From Minutocellus sp. GHC0000111 (Eukaryota): a stretch of DNA of 64,000 nt. Position 1 is the first letter of the stretch, and each line of letters opens with the position of its first letter. Of this stretch, positions 1 to 12,460 are shown one piece after another. Location: positions 124,001 to 188,000 of the forward strand of contig OZ361256.1 in NCBI GenBank assembly GCA_977018835.1, given 5' to 3'. The notes under the pieces were generated by a model, which had not been told where the DNA came from, searched no databases, and was given only the letters and a program-made list of their open reading frames with translations. A program made the position numbers and the translations under genes.

Positions 1-1
1 C

Positions 2-913
2 CGTCCCATTCGCAACGAATCCTTTGGCGATCCCTCGGACCTGGATCCGATTGAAGGGTTGGTCAAGATTACTCATATTCCGTCGGATTTGCTGCAAGAT
101 CTGACAACAATTCACGATCACATCAAGGCAGTCACCAGGGACAGGATGGTGTCCTGGTCAGGAGTCGGAGGTGAATGGGACGGACGGTTGCGAGCGTTTG
201 GATTCCCAACGCAACATACCTTGCGTAAGTTGGATGCAAGCCATGTTCGTCTTCATGCCTTCGAAAAGACTGGAACCGAAGCCGTGGAAGATGAAGAGGC
301 AAATAGGGCGTCGATCTGTATTCTAGATGACAAGCAAGAGAGAGCAAACGAAAAGGGCGGGGATGAGAATGGTGACATCGGTGCTGGCATATTTCTTTCC
401 GTTGATCCGTTCAATGTCGCCAACCGAGTGTGCAACGTTATCAACCCAATTCAAGCCGGTATCCCTCTCAGTATTGCCAATGCCTCCCAGATTATTGCGT
501 ACCAGCCGAATCTGCATAATGGCGCTCACTTCCTCAAGCCGCATATGGATCAGCCACTCCACGAGGGATTTGGGAAGATGATTGTCACAGTTGCAATTCG
601 CGGTGGCGGAGCTACAATTGTATTGCTTGATAAAGATGAGAATGGGACTACAGAAGATGGAGACAAGTATCAGCTGAGCTGGCGGTTTCATTTGTGTCAG
701 GGAGAGGCGTATGTATTGACCGGCCGAGCGAGGAATCTGTGCTTGCATGGAGTGATTGCGGATGACCCTTCGGGTGTGAGGGAGAGTTTGAATCTACGAT
801 TTGGCATTCACAGTGTGGCAGAGGCAAAGGCAGCGATCTTTGATCACTGGGTCGAAGGCGAAGTTCCCATTGTAGAGGACTGTGTGCCGTATTCCTCAAT
901 TGACATTATTTGA
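2..913 (+). CDS. AlkB-like 2OG-Fe(II) dioxygenase, 5'-partial
   Basis: Frame is open from the window edge. It contains HxD (PHMD), a distal His (LHGV) and RESLNLR, the AlkB-type Fe/2OG signature. Confidence 0.7.
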   Translation, partial: RPIRNESFGDPSDLDPIEGLVKITHIPSDLLQDLTTIHDHIKAVTRDRMVSWSGVGGEWDGRLRAFGFPTQHTLRKLDASHVRLHAFEKTGTEAVEDEEANRASICILDDKQERANEKGGDENGDIGAGIFLSVDPFNVANRVCNVINPIQAGIPLSIANASQIIAYQPNLHNGAHFLKPHMDQPLHEGFGKMIVTVAIRGGGATIVLLDKDENGTTEDGDKYQLSWRFHLCQGEAYVLTGRARNLCLHGVIADDPSGVRESLNLRFGIHSVAEAKAAIFDHWVEGEVPIVEDCVPYSSIDII

Positions 914-1681
914 TAAGGGTCATGCCCTTATGCACTTGTATTTTTAAAGCTAAGTTATGTATGTATAATATCGATTTCGGGATAAGATCAATTTTTTAAG
1001 TTGAGCAAGTTATTTCGTTATAGGAATAAGATCAAATGAATCAAGTTCTGGTATGATGCCGCTTGGTGAGTCTAGAGTTACACTTAGGTATGGTTCAACG
1101 AACGCGAAAGGTCAACAGATTTCAAGCTGAGGAAGCAACGCTGAATTTTCTTTCTGCGTGTCCTTCTCGCGAATCGATTAGCATTTGAAGGCACTTTGTG
1201 CGATCCGACAACTTTTGACTCATCGCGTTGAACTTGTGCTAGCTGATACTGACGAGTGCGATATGAGACCATTGTTTTCACGATGTCAAAGATGTGCGTG
1301 GGTGCGAACTGACTGAGAAGAGAAGAGGAATGAATTTGTTGCCGTGTTTGCCAATGTGATGGTTGCTGTGTTATGAGCGTCATTGTAAGGGTTGATGAAA
1401 CGATGTACCTTTGAGGATGCGAGATTGGACACAGCAGATCATGCACTCGGCACCCCACAATCGAATGAAGGATCCAAATTTTCCTCAGAAAGGTTCGCAG
1501 TCTTCATCAGGTTATGAGACCTCCTGGAAAAAGATTGACTCGATCGACTCGACTAAGAGACCTCGTTTTATCCACAAGCGAAGCGAAAATAAAAAATGAG
1601 CGCCGCACTCCAGCAAGCAACACGTCATCCGACCAAAGCAAACTCCGGCTCCAGCTCCAGCATATCTCATAAACAGCCAAG

Positions 1682-2275
1682 ATGAAGACCTCCGCCCTCC
1701 TCTGTGCTTTCGTTGCCTCCGCCTCGGCCTTCGCTCCTCAGCAGCAGGTCGCCGCTCGCGCCCCTGCTCTCAACGGCGTCCCTCTCGCCAATGGTAAGTT
1801 CAACATCTCAAGCTGATGATGCGAAAGATGTGCAACTGGATGATTCGATTCACTTCCTTGTAATTCCTGCTTATCAGCAAGTGCCCATAATCAACCTCTT
1901 TACTGACATTTCATCAATCGCCCATAATGTTTCCCTTCAACTCATTCAGGCGCCATGGAGTTCGACCGTGTCTGCCGTGAGTGGCGATGCAAGTACACCG
2001 GCGACAAGGCCACCTCGGAGTCCCTCGAGGAGATCTCCAAGGTCGTCGACGAGTACCTTCCCACCATCAAGGGCATCTCCGATGGAGTCAAGGTCAACCG
2101 TCTGGTTTGCGGATCTTGCCTCGACTTCAAGCTCATGATCACCGTGCCCCTTGAGGATTTCGGCGGCTGGGAAGAGAGTGGACATGCCCCCGAGGCTGAG
2201 TTCCTTGAGAAGCTCAAGGCCATCGATGGTGTTTCGCAGGTGGAGACTCAGACCATTACCAATGTTGAGATCTAA
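1682..2275 (+). CDS. Small plastid-targeted protein of unknown function, 2 exons (intron 1794..1949)
   Basis: ATG 1682 gives [19 protein letters not shown] (diatom bipartite signal, ASAFAP). The GTAAGT...TTCAG intron joins in frame to ORF 1955..2275. Confidence 0.85.
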
Positions 2276-2371
2276 GCGAAATGCCCGTACTCTCCTCTCG
2301 GCCTTCAATACATATAATAATTTTGAACAGTAGAAGTATATCAGACTGTAATGTATATGCATATACTGCGT

Positions 2372-3504
2372 TTAAATCAACAAAGGCGATGCCCCGTCTT
2401 CAATTTTCCAGCCGAGGAAATCTCCTCCGGAATTTTCTTTTACGAGTCGAATATAACGACATGCATCTGAGCTGGCAGCGCGAACGAGTTCGTGTGGACT
2501 GGAGGCAACACGGCCTTCCGAACAAACTTCATAATGCCCATAATTGAGTTCTGGCCAGTTCTTAAAGTAGAAATAGGAACAAACAAGCCCTGCTTTGAGT
2601 GTTTTGATCGCTGTGATTCTCTTGGATTTTGGCAACGCAATAAGAGTGACATCTAAGTCAAGACCATGAATATCAAGACTTGTCCACGATTTAGCAGCTT
2701 TCTCTCCCTTTAGAGATAATAAGTCATCCATTTGTAACCATCGACTGAAGTCCAGGCCGCGAAAGTCAATGGATAAAGTAGGATGACTATTATTCCCACC
2801 CTTTCTTTCGCTTTGGACATTCGCATGAGGCACAAATCCTTCGAAGAGTATCATTCTTTCAGAATATGCGTAGCTGCTCATGCACATGAAGAGCTCTTGA
2901 TTGCTTTCAATGACGAGATCCTCGAAATCGTCAGGAAAAGGACATCTCCCCCTCGGTTCCCAAAAAGGAGTATCTCTAAAAATCAGTGAGCAGTAGTCGT
3001 CATAAGTGCCTTGTGTCTGTTGTTTGGATGCACGTATGTATTCATCGTGACAATGCCAGTTGCTCATCTCTACTCTTTTTCCAACAAATCTTGAGACGAT
3101 GCAGAATCTATTCACCCTCGTTCGAACATCAGCACTAGTTTTTGAAGCGTTGGGTTGACCAATGTGTTCTTCCTCGTAGTACTTCCAGGCAACATCAGCA
3201 GCGGATCTAATGGTTTTGCAAGTCTGCTCCACCGGCCAAGCATCTTGATGTCCAAAAATTTGAGTACATGGGACAGCGAGTCCTTTCCAACATACAGGAG
3301 GGAATCGAATTCGGCCTCTCCGGCATCGCGCAGGCGTTTCCTTGCCTCCTTGGTTCGGGCACGAGCATTTGCCAGCTTGGACTCCAATCGAGCTTCCTCC
3401 TTCACTGCTGTGATGAGCTCTGCTTGGCGATCATCACACGAGGGATCTTTAGCTACCTTTTGGCGCTTATTGGGAACTGACTTCCTCTTGCCTGGGGACG
3501 ACAT
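2372..3504 (-). CDS. F-box-like hypothetical protein, 1-bp frameshift near 3233
   Basis: ORFs 3112..3504 and 2372..3232 join as ...LSHVLKFLDIKMLGR/xEQTCKT...W, an F-box-like motif after an NLS-like and coiled-coil segment. Confidence 0.5.
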
Positions 3505-3653
3505 TGTAGGAATTCCTAGCTAGTTGGCTTGCTTCTCCAACACTGCTTCACTGACTGACTGCAACCTGCAAACGAAACCGGCACTCAGCGACGGTCGGCG
3601 GACAGCCGAAACTTTGCAACTTTTTCATTCCAGCTCATTTTTCCAAGGCCTTC

Positions 3654-6604
3654 ATGACGGGAAAGAGACACACAGCTTTGACCATCTCGTATCGTTCTAT
3701 CTGCTGCCTACTCGTCGGCTACGCCCTCATCGCACCCAACGAACTATATTTCGCACGCATATCTGCATTCTCCGCCACAAAGACCAAAATCGACACATCT
3801 TGTGTCGACCTGCGCTTCCGACGGACGCTCATCCGCACGACCACCGATTTTCCCCTTGTGCCAAGCGGTACTATGAGCGACGCCCCGAACAATCAACAAA
3901 CATCGCAAGATGGGGAGCCCAACCTCCTCCATCGCCACGTGGTGCGGTCCCGGTCATCGCAGTCTTCGTCGAACGCCAACAACAATATCCAAAGTTCTGT
4001 GGATGACGGCGGCGACGATTTGAGCTCGATGGACATTTCGACCAACCCGAACCCGCCAAGCGCCGCCGTCGCCATGTCGGTCGAACAAAGTCGCAGTGGC
4101 GAGAAAGATACGGGCAACAATAACGACGCGCATTTGGAGACTATAGACGAGCAAAAGTCGGCGTCGAGCATGGAGAATGGCGGGCTGTCGAAGGAATTGC
4201 GACAACCGCAACCGCGTCTCGTACGAGATGCCTCGGTCAGCACGGAAGTCGTTACCGATGCCGATGTAACAGCAGCAGCAGCTGGCGAAGTTGATGATAG
4301 CAAATCAGCCGGGTTTTCACCCACTATGCCCATGACGACCTTTGGTGAGAGGCAGGTTTCGTCCAGAACGTTGGCACGCCGAGCCGCCGAAGAGATTGGC
4401 ACCAGCAACCACAATAATGCCGGCGCGACAGATGATCATAGCAGTGCTGCACCAGCAGCGTCAGCCTCAACTCCCTCGGTAACCATCCATCTGTCGTCAG
4501 AAGAGGAACACCTGTTCCAGACACTGCTGGAGGCAGCCGACATGTACGAGCGCGGCGAGCTCAACATTGAAGATGCCGCCGACAAGGCCAGCTTCCGCCC
4601 GTTGGGACATGGCGATCGAGCCGACTCGGACATGGCCGGGGTGGGTACCAGTACTGGTTCCAGCCATCACAGCAGTGATAGCAATCACAGCAGCAACAAC
4701 GGCAATGGTGGTCAGGTGGAGATTCGAGTCGCCGGCGGGTGGGTGCGCGACAAGATCCTCAACCTCAACAGCCACGACGTCGACGTGGCCCTGAACAACA
4801 TGTCGGGCGTCCAGTTCGCCACCATCGTTCAGGCCTACCTGACTCACTTGGAACGGACCGGGCAGATCCCGGCACCGCAGAAGAAGCACAAGATTGGTGT
4901 TATATCGGCCAACCCGTCGCAAAGCAAACATTTGGAAACGGCCACCATGAAGATTCATGGGATCGAGGTGGACTTTGTCAATTTAAGAGCCGAGGAGGTG
5001 TACGAGAGTCATTCGCGAATTCCGACGCATCAGACCAAGCAGTTTGGTACGCCGTTGGAGGATGCCCTGCGGAGAGACTTTACGTGCAATTCATTATTTT
5101 ACAATGTGCGAACAAGGCAGGTGGAGGACTGGACCGGGCGGGGCATCGACGACTTGCTCGTTAGGAGGGAGATTGTTACCCCGCTCGATCCGCATACGAC
5201 TTTTCATGACGACCCTCTCCGGGTGTTGCGGGCGATTCGATTTTCCGTGAGGTATGATATGGACCTCAGTGCCGACATCCAATCGGCCGCCAAGAGTACC
5301 GAGGTCCATCACAGCCTTCATCTCAAGGTCAGTCGAGAGCGTGTCGGCAAAGAGTTGGAGGGAATGCTTACAGGCAAAGGAGCAAGGCCGGGACGGGCCC
5401 TTGATCTGATCACTCAGCTGAAGCTGGCAGGATCGGTCTTTACTTTTCCCCCAGGCGCCGATGCAACTGTATCAGGAATGCTGGTTGGCACGGAATATAG
5501 TGCAAGTCCAGAAGACCTGGCGCATCACCGCGAGTATGGTTGGGAGGAGGCGGCTCAGACCATCCGTATCCTCCCGCGTGTTCTGGAAAGTCACAATGAC
5601 GAGCTCCAAATTGAGAAGGAGGCGGAAGAGGATCTAACATGTGATTCAACGGCTGAAACGGATCCTGCTGGAAATGTCACAGCTGATATTGCCCGAAATG
5701 GCATCGAGCGGATGCACACTTCATCGACGGTGGCATCATCTTCGGGCGCTCCACTGTTGCACTATCACCGCCAAAAGTCCTTTTCGATGGCATCCAGCGT
5801 AGATATGCGGCTGGTACATCTGTCCACCTTTCTTCTCCCTTTCCATGATCTTGTGTTTTCGGACAAGAAGAAGAGGCGAGTGACAGTGGTTAACCACATG
5901 ATCAAAGAAGGTATCAAATTCAAGAACAAGGACTGCCTTCGTTTGGATTGTATGATGTCCAGCGTCGATGCCATGCGATCTATCTTGACTAAAATTCGAC
6001 AAGAGAAGGTCCGTGCGAGACAGCACGGTCAGGAGGAAGAGTATCCTCACCTTCCAAAAATATGCCGTCTCGAGACTGGACTATTTCTGAGAGAGGTTCG
6101 TGAGCTTTGGGTAACATGCTGCTTCAAGCCACAGTTGTTGAGATGAGAGCCATTGAACTCAGTGACGGCAAGTCCTGTCCTGCCGGATCCACTACCGATG
6201 ACGCATTACAGACCGCACGCGATTTTTACCGGGCAGTGCGAGCGGAAGGTCTTGACGGGTGCTGGAGGGCCCGTCCTCTTATCAATGGTGCAGAAATCAT
6301 GACGCAACTCGGCGTTCCCAAGGGTCCCGAAGTGTCCACATATATCCAAGAACAGATCCAGTGGATGCTGTTGAATCCAAATGGATCCAAGGAAGAATGC
6401 GAAATGCATCTGCGCAATGTCAAACGCAAGCGCGAGATGGAAGCGGGGCAAACTTTGGATGAACAGAACGAGATGAACCTCGGTGTCAGTGATGGTGGCC
6501 AGTCGAGCCCCGTAGCCCCTGGCTCGGAAAGCAAGCACTTGTCGAAAAGAAGGCATGTTGAATCGATGGATTTGTCGGAGTGTGCTGCAATGCCTAAAAT
6601 ATAG
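3654..6604 (+). CDS. CCA1: Class II CCA-adding tRNA nucleotidyltransferase, 1-bp frameshift near 6120
   Basis: Motifs RVAGGWVRD, HDVDVA, SKHLETA, DFVNLR, EDALRRDFTCNSLFYN, DDPLRVLRAIRF, VSRERVG. The C-terminus (PLING...KGPEV) lies in ORF 6107..6604. A second in-frame ATG is at 3873. Confidence 0.9.
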
Positions 6605-6653
6605 CTATAACGCAATAAAGTCAAATCAATCCATAAATGACTAACGTCTCTCA

Positions 6654-9600
6654 TTATGGACTATGGTAGCTACGCAGAGCTGACTTCACGTGAATGGCCT
6701 TTCGATTTGCACCCCACCGAGCGTATGCCTCGACAGCCTTTTCCAGAAAATAGCGACCATCCGACATTTCTCCCCGTTCACAATAAAACTTGCCGGCAAG
6801 CTCGCAAGCTAGGGCCTCTTCGTGGATGAAGCCAGTCTGGTTCGCTTTAGCAATCGCTTCTTCGTATGCAGATTTCGCGATTTCAACATCATTTCCACAG
6901 TAGGCACGCTCCGCCAAAATCATTTGCCTTTTACTCATGAAATTCCAATCACTTCCGATATCTACCCATTCATCGAACTTTTCTGTGACAATGGATGCGA
7001 CAGATTTCCAATACTCTTTGTCAGCGGCATCATTTCGTAGCATAGCGAAAGCGACGAGCCCAATGTAGAAATAATCATTGTGCGTATCAAATGATGGAGC
7101 AAAGGGATTGCGAGCAGCAATAGCTTGAAGTTCGTCGATCATGTCTTTCATTCCATCGTACTTCCCGAATAGACACCCAAACCAGATACGAAACGTTAGA
7201 CTTTTGCGTTTTACGTGCATTTGAGCTTGAAGGGCATATTGTGAGAGGGCGTCTTCGTCATACGTAAGAGAGAGAAAAGGGTCGCTGGTTTCATCGTTGC
7301 TCGAAAGATTTTCAATTGCTTGGTGAAGAAATTTGTTGTACAAGACAAACAATTCATGTTTGAATGAAACCATTGTTTCGTTTGCCTTGACAACTCTCTT
7401 GAGATAATCGGCTAAGGTCGAGTTTGGACCAGGAGCAAACAGAGAGCCTTGAAGATTCCTGCTCAGGTTGACGAGGGCCCACTCAACAGCTCCAACAGAC
7501 ATCCCATCCTCGTAGCCGGTGTACAATTGCTGCGCACAGGCCTGTTGCGGTTGACTATAGGGGAGGATTGAGCAATTCAACAAAAGAAGCACGATGTGCG
7601 AATACTTTTGTTCAAACTTTTGGAGCAAGGCTGAAGCTATACGAGCACAAAACGACGACAGCTCATACTTTCCTAGGCCGCACAAGGCGAACGATAGAGC
7701 TGCGAATGCAAAAGATGCCTCTGATGTAAGTCCAGACGACATTGTTCTTGATACCATCCTGTAAACCAACAAGAGCATGAGTTTCGGGTCTTTATTGTAT
7801 GCGATCCGTGAGACAACCATCAAAACTTGCATTGCCAGTATTTTGGTGGGATCATTTTCAATAGTACTTTGACTAACGATATCATCAAATGGTTTCGATT
7901 TGAGGACCCCGCAGATTTCGATGAGATCGGCTTTCGATGCAGCCTGCCGAGCATCAGCACCCAGAGGAAAGTCTTCTCCAAGTTCCTTCAGCACCAAAAG
8001 CCCATGATCTATCGCTTCGGAGTGATCTCCTTTTATTGTATATGCAGTCAACAAAGCCTGATGAGCAGGAAGTTTATCGTCGAAGCTTCTTCCGTGCTCC
8101 AGTACCGTTGTGAGGGCCGTCACAGCGCCTTCCGCCATGCCCTGTGTAATTTGCGCTTCGCCGCTGAAGGTAAACAAGCGTAGGCAGGTGTTATAGTGAC
8201 TGTTCCAGTCGTCCTCACAAACCAAACTGCAACCTCGAAGAAGATAAATCGCTGCCTGGAGATATGATGCAGACGCCAAGGCTGCTTCACCAGCAAGAAG
8301 ATTTAGCTCGGCCAGCGCTAGCTCCTCTTCGTGGTCAGTGATCAAGGAGATTCCGGCGTTGTACTGATCAACAATTGTAGTTAAAAAGCCTGGAGAAAGG
8401 CTGTTGAGAGCACCGTCAATTGACTTGAGAAGGCGCCGACCAATATCAAGATGCGCACGTGGTTGCTCTTGGGATGGGGTAAGGGCACGAGCGGCCTGGA
8501 AAAGTTGGTCATGTGAGAAACGAAGTGAACCGCAACTGTCGATGATGATGATTCCACCTGAAATTGCCCGCTCGATGCTTGAGGGAAATTCTGATGTGGA
8601 TCCGTATTGGTATAAGACGAATAATCTTTCCAAGATCTCAAGTTTGAACTTTGTTCCGAGAAGTGCCGCTAAGCGGAGGGCGTCTTGGTCGCTCTGCTGA
8701 TGCGTTTTCATCATACCAACCATTAAGGAAACGGAGCTGTTTGCGATCGACTTGGCCGATATGGCCTCAATGTTCCACTGCCACCGTCGGTCAACAACAG
8801 AAAAATTGAGAAGACCATCACCGGTCAAAGAAAGAAGAAGATGGCGAACGAACATGGGATTTCCTTGCGTTTTCCGATGTAGAACCTGGGCAAGAGGGCG
8901 AGTGAATCTTTAATTAAGACGCAGTGCTGATGATACAAACTCGTTCACGCCCTCGGTGCTCAAATTTGTGAGCCTTATTGAGGACATTGGCAAAGATGCT
9001 TCCATATTCAGCTCACCAAATAGCTTGCCGAAGGGGTCGTCGTTGATGACATTTTCGTCGCGATAGCACCCAATAAACAGAGCAGATGTGATTTCAGTAT
9101 TTCGAAGAATAAGTCTCACCAAGTCAAGACAGCTCTCGTCGCACCATTGGATGTCATCGAACACAACTACAATGGGATGCTCTGGACTAGAAATTGCCTC
9201 CACGAACTTGATGAAGTAAAATAATACTCTGTTCATTTCTTCTTCCTTCGTCTCTGCTGTCATTGTCGGGGAATCAACCGATTCGCCCAGAAGAGAACGC
9301 AGATTGGGCAAACATCTTAAGAGAATGCCTGATTGCAGGCCGAGAGCCTCCTTGACATCGCGTCTGACTCCATCGAACAAATTCCTATCTCTGCCAGATA
9401 TAACCCTACAGTAGTCATCAAACGCTTGAAAAAGAACAGACATGGACTGGCCCTGCGCAGTAAAGTTACATCTGATCAGCGAGACATTATCTGCGAGAAA
9501 GCGGCTGCCAAGTTGTTTCACCAATGAGGTCTTTCCTGTGCCTGAATAACCTGATATGGCCAAAAAGGAATGAGATTCCCTTCTCTCGCGAACGACACGG

Positions 9601-11381
9601 TCGTACGCAGAAAACAGGATACTAACCTCGTCGTCGCGTCCAAAGATTTGATTTTCGTCGAAGCAAAGCTGGCCACCGCCGACTTCGGATGCCTCGTTCT
9701 CCCAGTTTCTATTCAACAGTACATCTCGCAAGTCGTTCTCCACTTCATTTGATGAGGAATAAAACACCTCCGATGGACTTTGGTTCATGAGACATCCAAT
9801 TAAATTCGAGAGAACTACTGGACAGCCAAGCATGGCCAGGGACTGGTAGCTGTCGGTATTCCGGCGCTCTCTCTTGGCTGGTTCAGCGACAATATCATTA
9901 TCTTGTCCGCCACCACTACTAATACCACCCCCACGATGAGAAGTATGTGCTGTTTGATCATACTTTTCGTCTCCAAAAACTTCGATGAATAAATCGTACA
10001 AAGTCCGACCGAGAAAGTTGGCATCAAATCCAGCCGTACATTCCACGGAAGATCGATACATTTGGACGGAAAGCAGTGCAGTCTCGACCGCCGAAGATAC
10101 TACGTCGTGGTGTAGTCTCTGACCTTGACCATGGCTGTGGATGTGACCGTGGGCGTGACTATGACTGCTAAGGCTCGTCTCTTGACTATCTTCCAGGCTC
10201 GCCGTGGTAGTTCGGGTGGATCCCAACGAATCCTCGGGAAGATACATCTGTTCCAGAGGGATGGGGTCCAAGTGTCCGACGGCATGTCCCTCCAACTTAT
10301 GATCCACCCCACGCAAGTCGTTGAAGTGTTCTGTGACGGCTCCTGCTGCACCTGCTCCTGTCGTTTCCTGTTGATTCGGAGGATGAGATATTTCTGTGCC
10401 GGCAGTCTCCGCCGCTTGTGCAGCCTCGAGCGCAGCCGCCACGAGCAGGTCGTTGATGACAGTCGGCTGCCCGCTGGGCTGTTGGGTCGGCCCGCCGTAC
10501 CCATCCTCACCGGACAGGATCAAATCGGAATCCAGCTGGAGCGAATCCAGGTGGATGGGCGGAGATGTAGCCGAGGTAGCAGCCGCCGCCACCGGAGCCG
10601 CCGCCGCACTAGCGACAGCCGCTGCCTCGTCGGCCATGGACGTGGACGGACCCGACAACGTCGGAGAAATATTCATCATGGGAAATGGCGAGGTAATACC
10701 ACCCATCATTGCCGAATCTGAAGCCGAGGGCATCAAGTCTGGCTGGAATCCACCGATGCTTGTTGCCGTGGAAGCGGAAACTGGAGCTGCAATTGCACCA
10801 GCTGGACCAGAACCCTCCGCCGATCCTGCACCGTGCGACATGGACAGACGCTTCCGTCGTCGTGCTTCTCTCTGCTCTGCTGGATTGCCCTTTTGTCGCA
10901 AAGCCATCTTGCACTTATCCACAGCCACCTTCCTCGGAACCTCGATGTAATATTTGCCACCGTACGTGGACACCGACCGACCAGCACGAATCTCCGCCCG
11001 AACGGCGTCCATGTCGTCCGCTTGCTTCAAGAATCGTCCCCCGGGCTCATCCAATGATTTGGGCGCCACGATGGCATCGTACACCTCGTTGGCCAGCTGC
11101 ATCTTGTCGCCGTACTCGTGATTTTCCGACCAGTAGTCGGCCTTGCGACTGTCGACGAGGGCCCGGAAAGCGACATTTCCGGGATGATATTGAGGTCCCT
11201 TGCCCCGACCGAATAGAACGTCGTTGTCCCGGAGAGGCGAGATGCTCTTGGACGATATGGGCGCCGTTGAGTCGGAGCTCATGATTTCACGAGTTGCCCA
11301 GTTGTCAGTTAAGTGCGCACAAGAAGCATGCAGGACGAGAAAGATTCCTTCGTCGGCACGGCAGAATAATTCCAAGCACAC
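6654..11381 (-). CDS. DUF6824-like domain + P-loop (STAND/AAA_16-like) ATPase + helical-repeat protein, copy A, with an in-frame TAA at 8910..8912
   Basis: DVLFGRG...HPGN..FRALV...GGRFL (DUF6824-type); FGR, Walker A GYSGTGKT, Walker B VVFDDIQW, GNP, FSHD and a C-terminal A..AY..WGA..KA. The two ORFs are in the same frame, separated by one stop. Likely start is ATG 11282. Confidence 0.8.
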
Positions 11382-12460
11382 AAGTGTGATGCTTCAGACT
11401 GTGCTATGCTCAAAATGAAAGGAACACGAGATGAGTTGGTCAAATACGTTTTCAAAGGATGACCAGTCAGTGTGCGCATGCGCCACGCAATTGCCCGTCT
11501 CAACTGCCGCCTTCCGTCTCTTTGCTCTGTGTGAGCCGTCAAGTCAAAGAGTAACTTTCTCCCAAGTTCGAGAATTTCGTGACCTGCGTTGTCCTTTGTG
11601 ACCCCGTTTTGCCGGAACAAAGGCCAAATGCCGAGTGAGTCAGAGCCACACGCCAAAACGAGGAACGCAAACAACTTGTTGGCAGGGCTGCCTCAGCTGG
11701 TCTGCGTACAAAGGAGGGGAAAATGCAGTGCACTGGTAGTCAGCAAAGAGGCGGGTACTACACGTTCATGAATCGTGTTGTTTGATACTAGAGTATCCTC
11801 GCGACAAGGTGGCAATGTGAGCTGGCAGGTGCGGCGAAGAAAGTTGTTGCGTTTAGCGTGTCGTTTACACGTGTGTTCAATCTTCCAAACGACGTGGCGA
11901 GAAAGAAGGCATTTCTGCGAAGAACTTGTTAGACTTTCTTGCTACTTCAAATCATAACGACCGCCGTAACATGAGAAGGCATAAAAGCGCTCTTGAGTGT
12001 AGAAATAGAGCCTTCGGGAATACATGTACGAGGTTTCTGGCTTATACCGACAAGCGCAATGACGACGCTCTTCTGGAAGAAGCAGTTTTGGAGCATCTTG
12101 GAAGCTTGGAAGCAAGAAGATACATACATAGGACCCTCCGGCACGAAAACCCGGGTTTTTTGGGGGTCGTCTCCGCAAAGCGTTTCCGTTGGTAGGACTA
12201 ACTTCCACGCGTTGAGGCAAAAAAAGATGTGCCGATAACTCAAGAAATATCAGGAATTGAGATTTCGCGATGCCATTCTAAGGTTTCTCGCATCATGTGC
12301 TATGCTGTGTCCAAATTTCAGCTTCAGAGGTCCATTTCTTTAAAAAGTCGTTTTGCCGGGATTTTCCCCGAGTTGTTCGTGCGTCCGGGTCATAGGGACC
12401 CTAGGGCCACCATTGAACTCTTCGGCAGCAGCAGCAGCAAAATAACTTCCAGGCAGGAAC

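Noticed and set aside
6100..6130. Programmed frameshift in the CCA gene (also 3233, 13630, 54835)
   Set aside because: These are small indels, two of them in base runs, with no slippery-site structure. Consensus error or null alleles are simpler explanations.
11382..12460. Small genes between the divergent ATPase pair
   Set aside because: Only short overlapping ORFs without recognisable motifs; treated as a shared promoter region.
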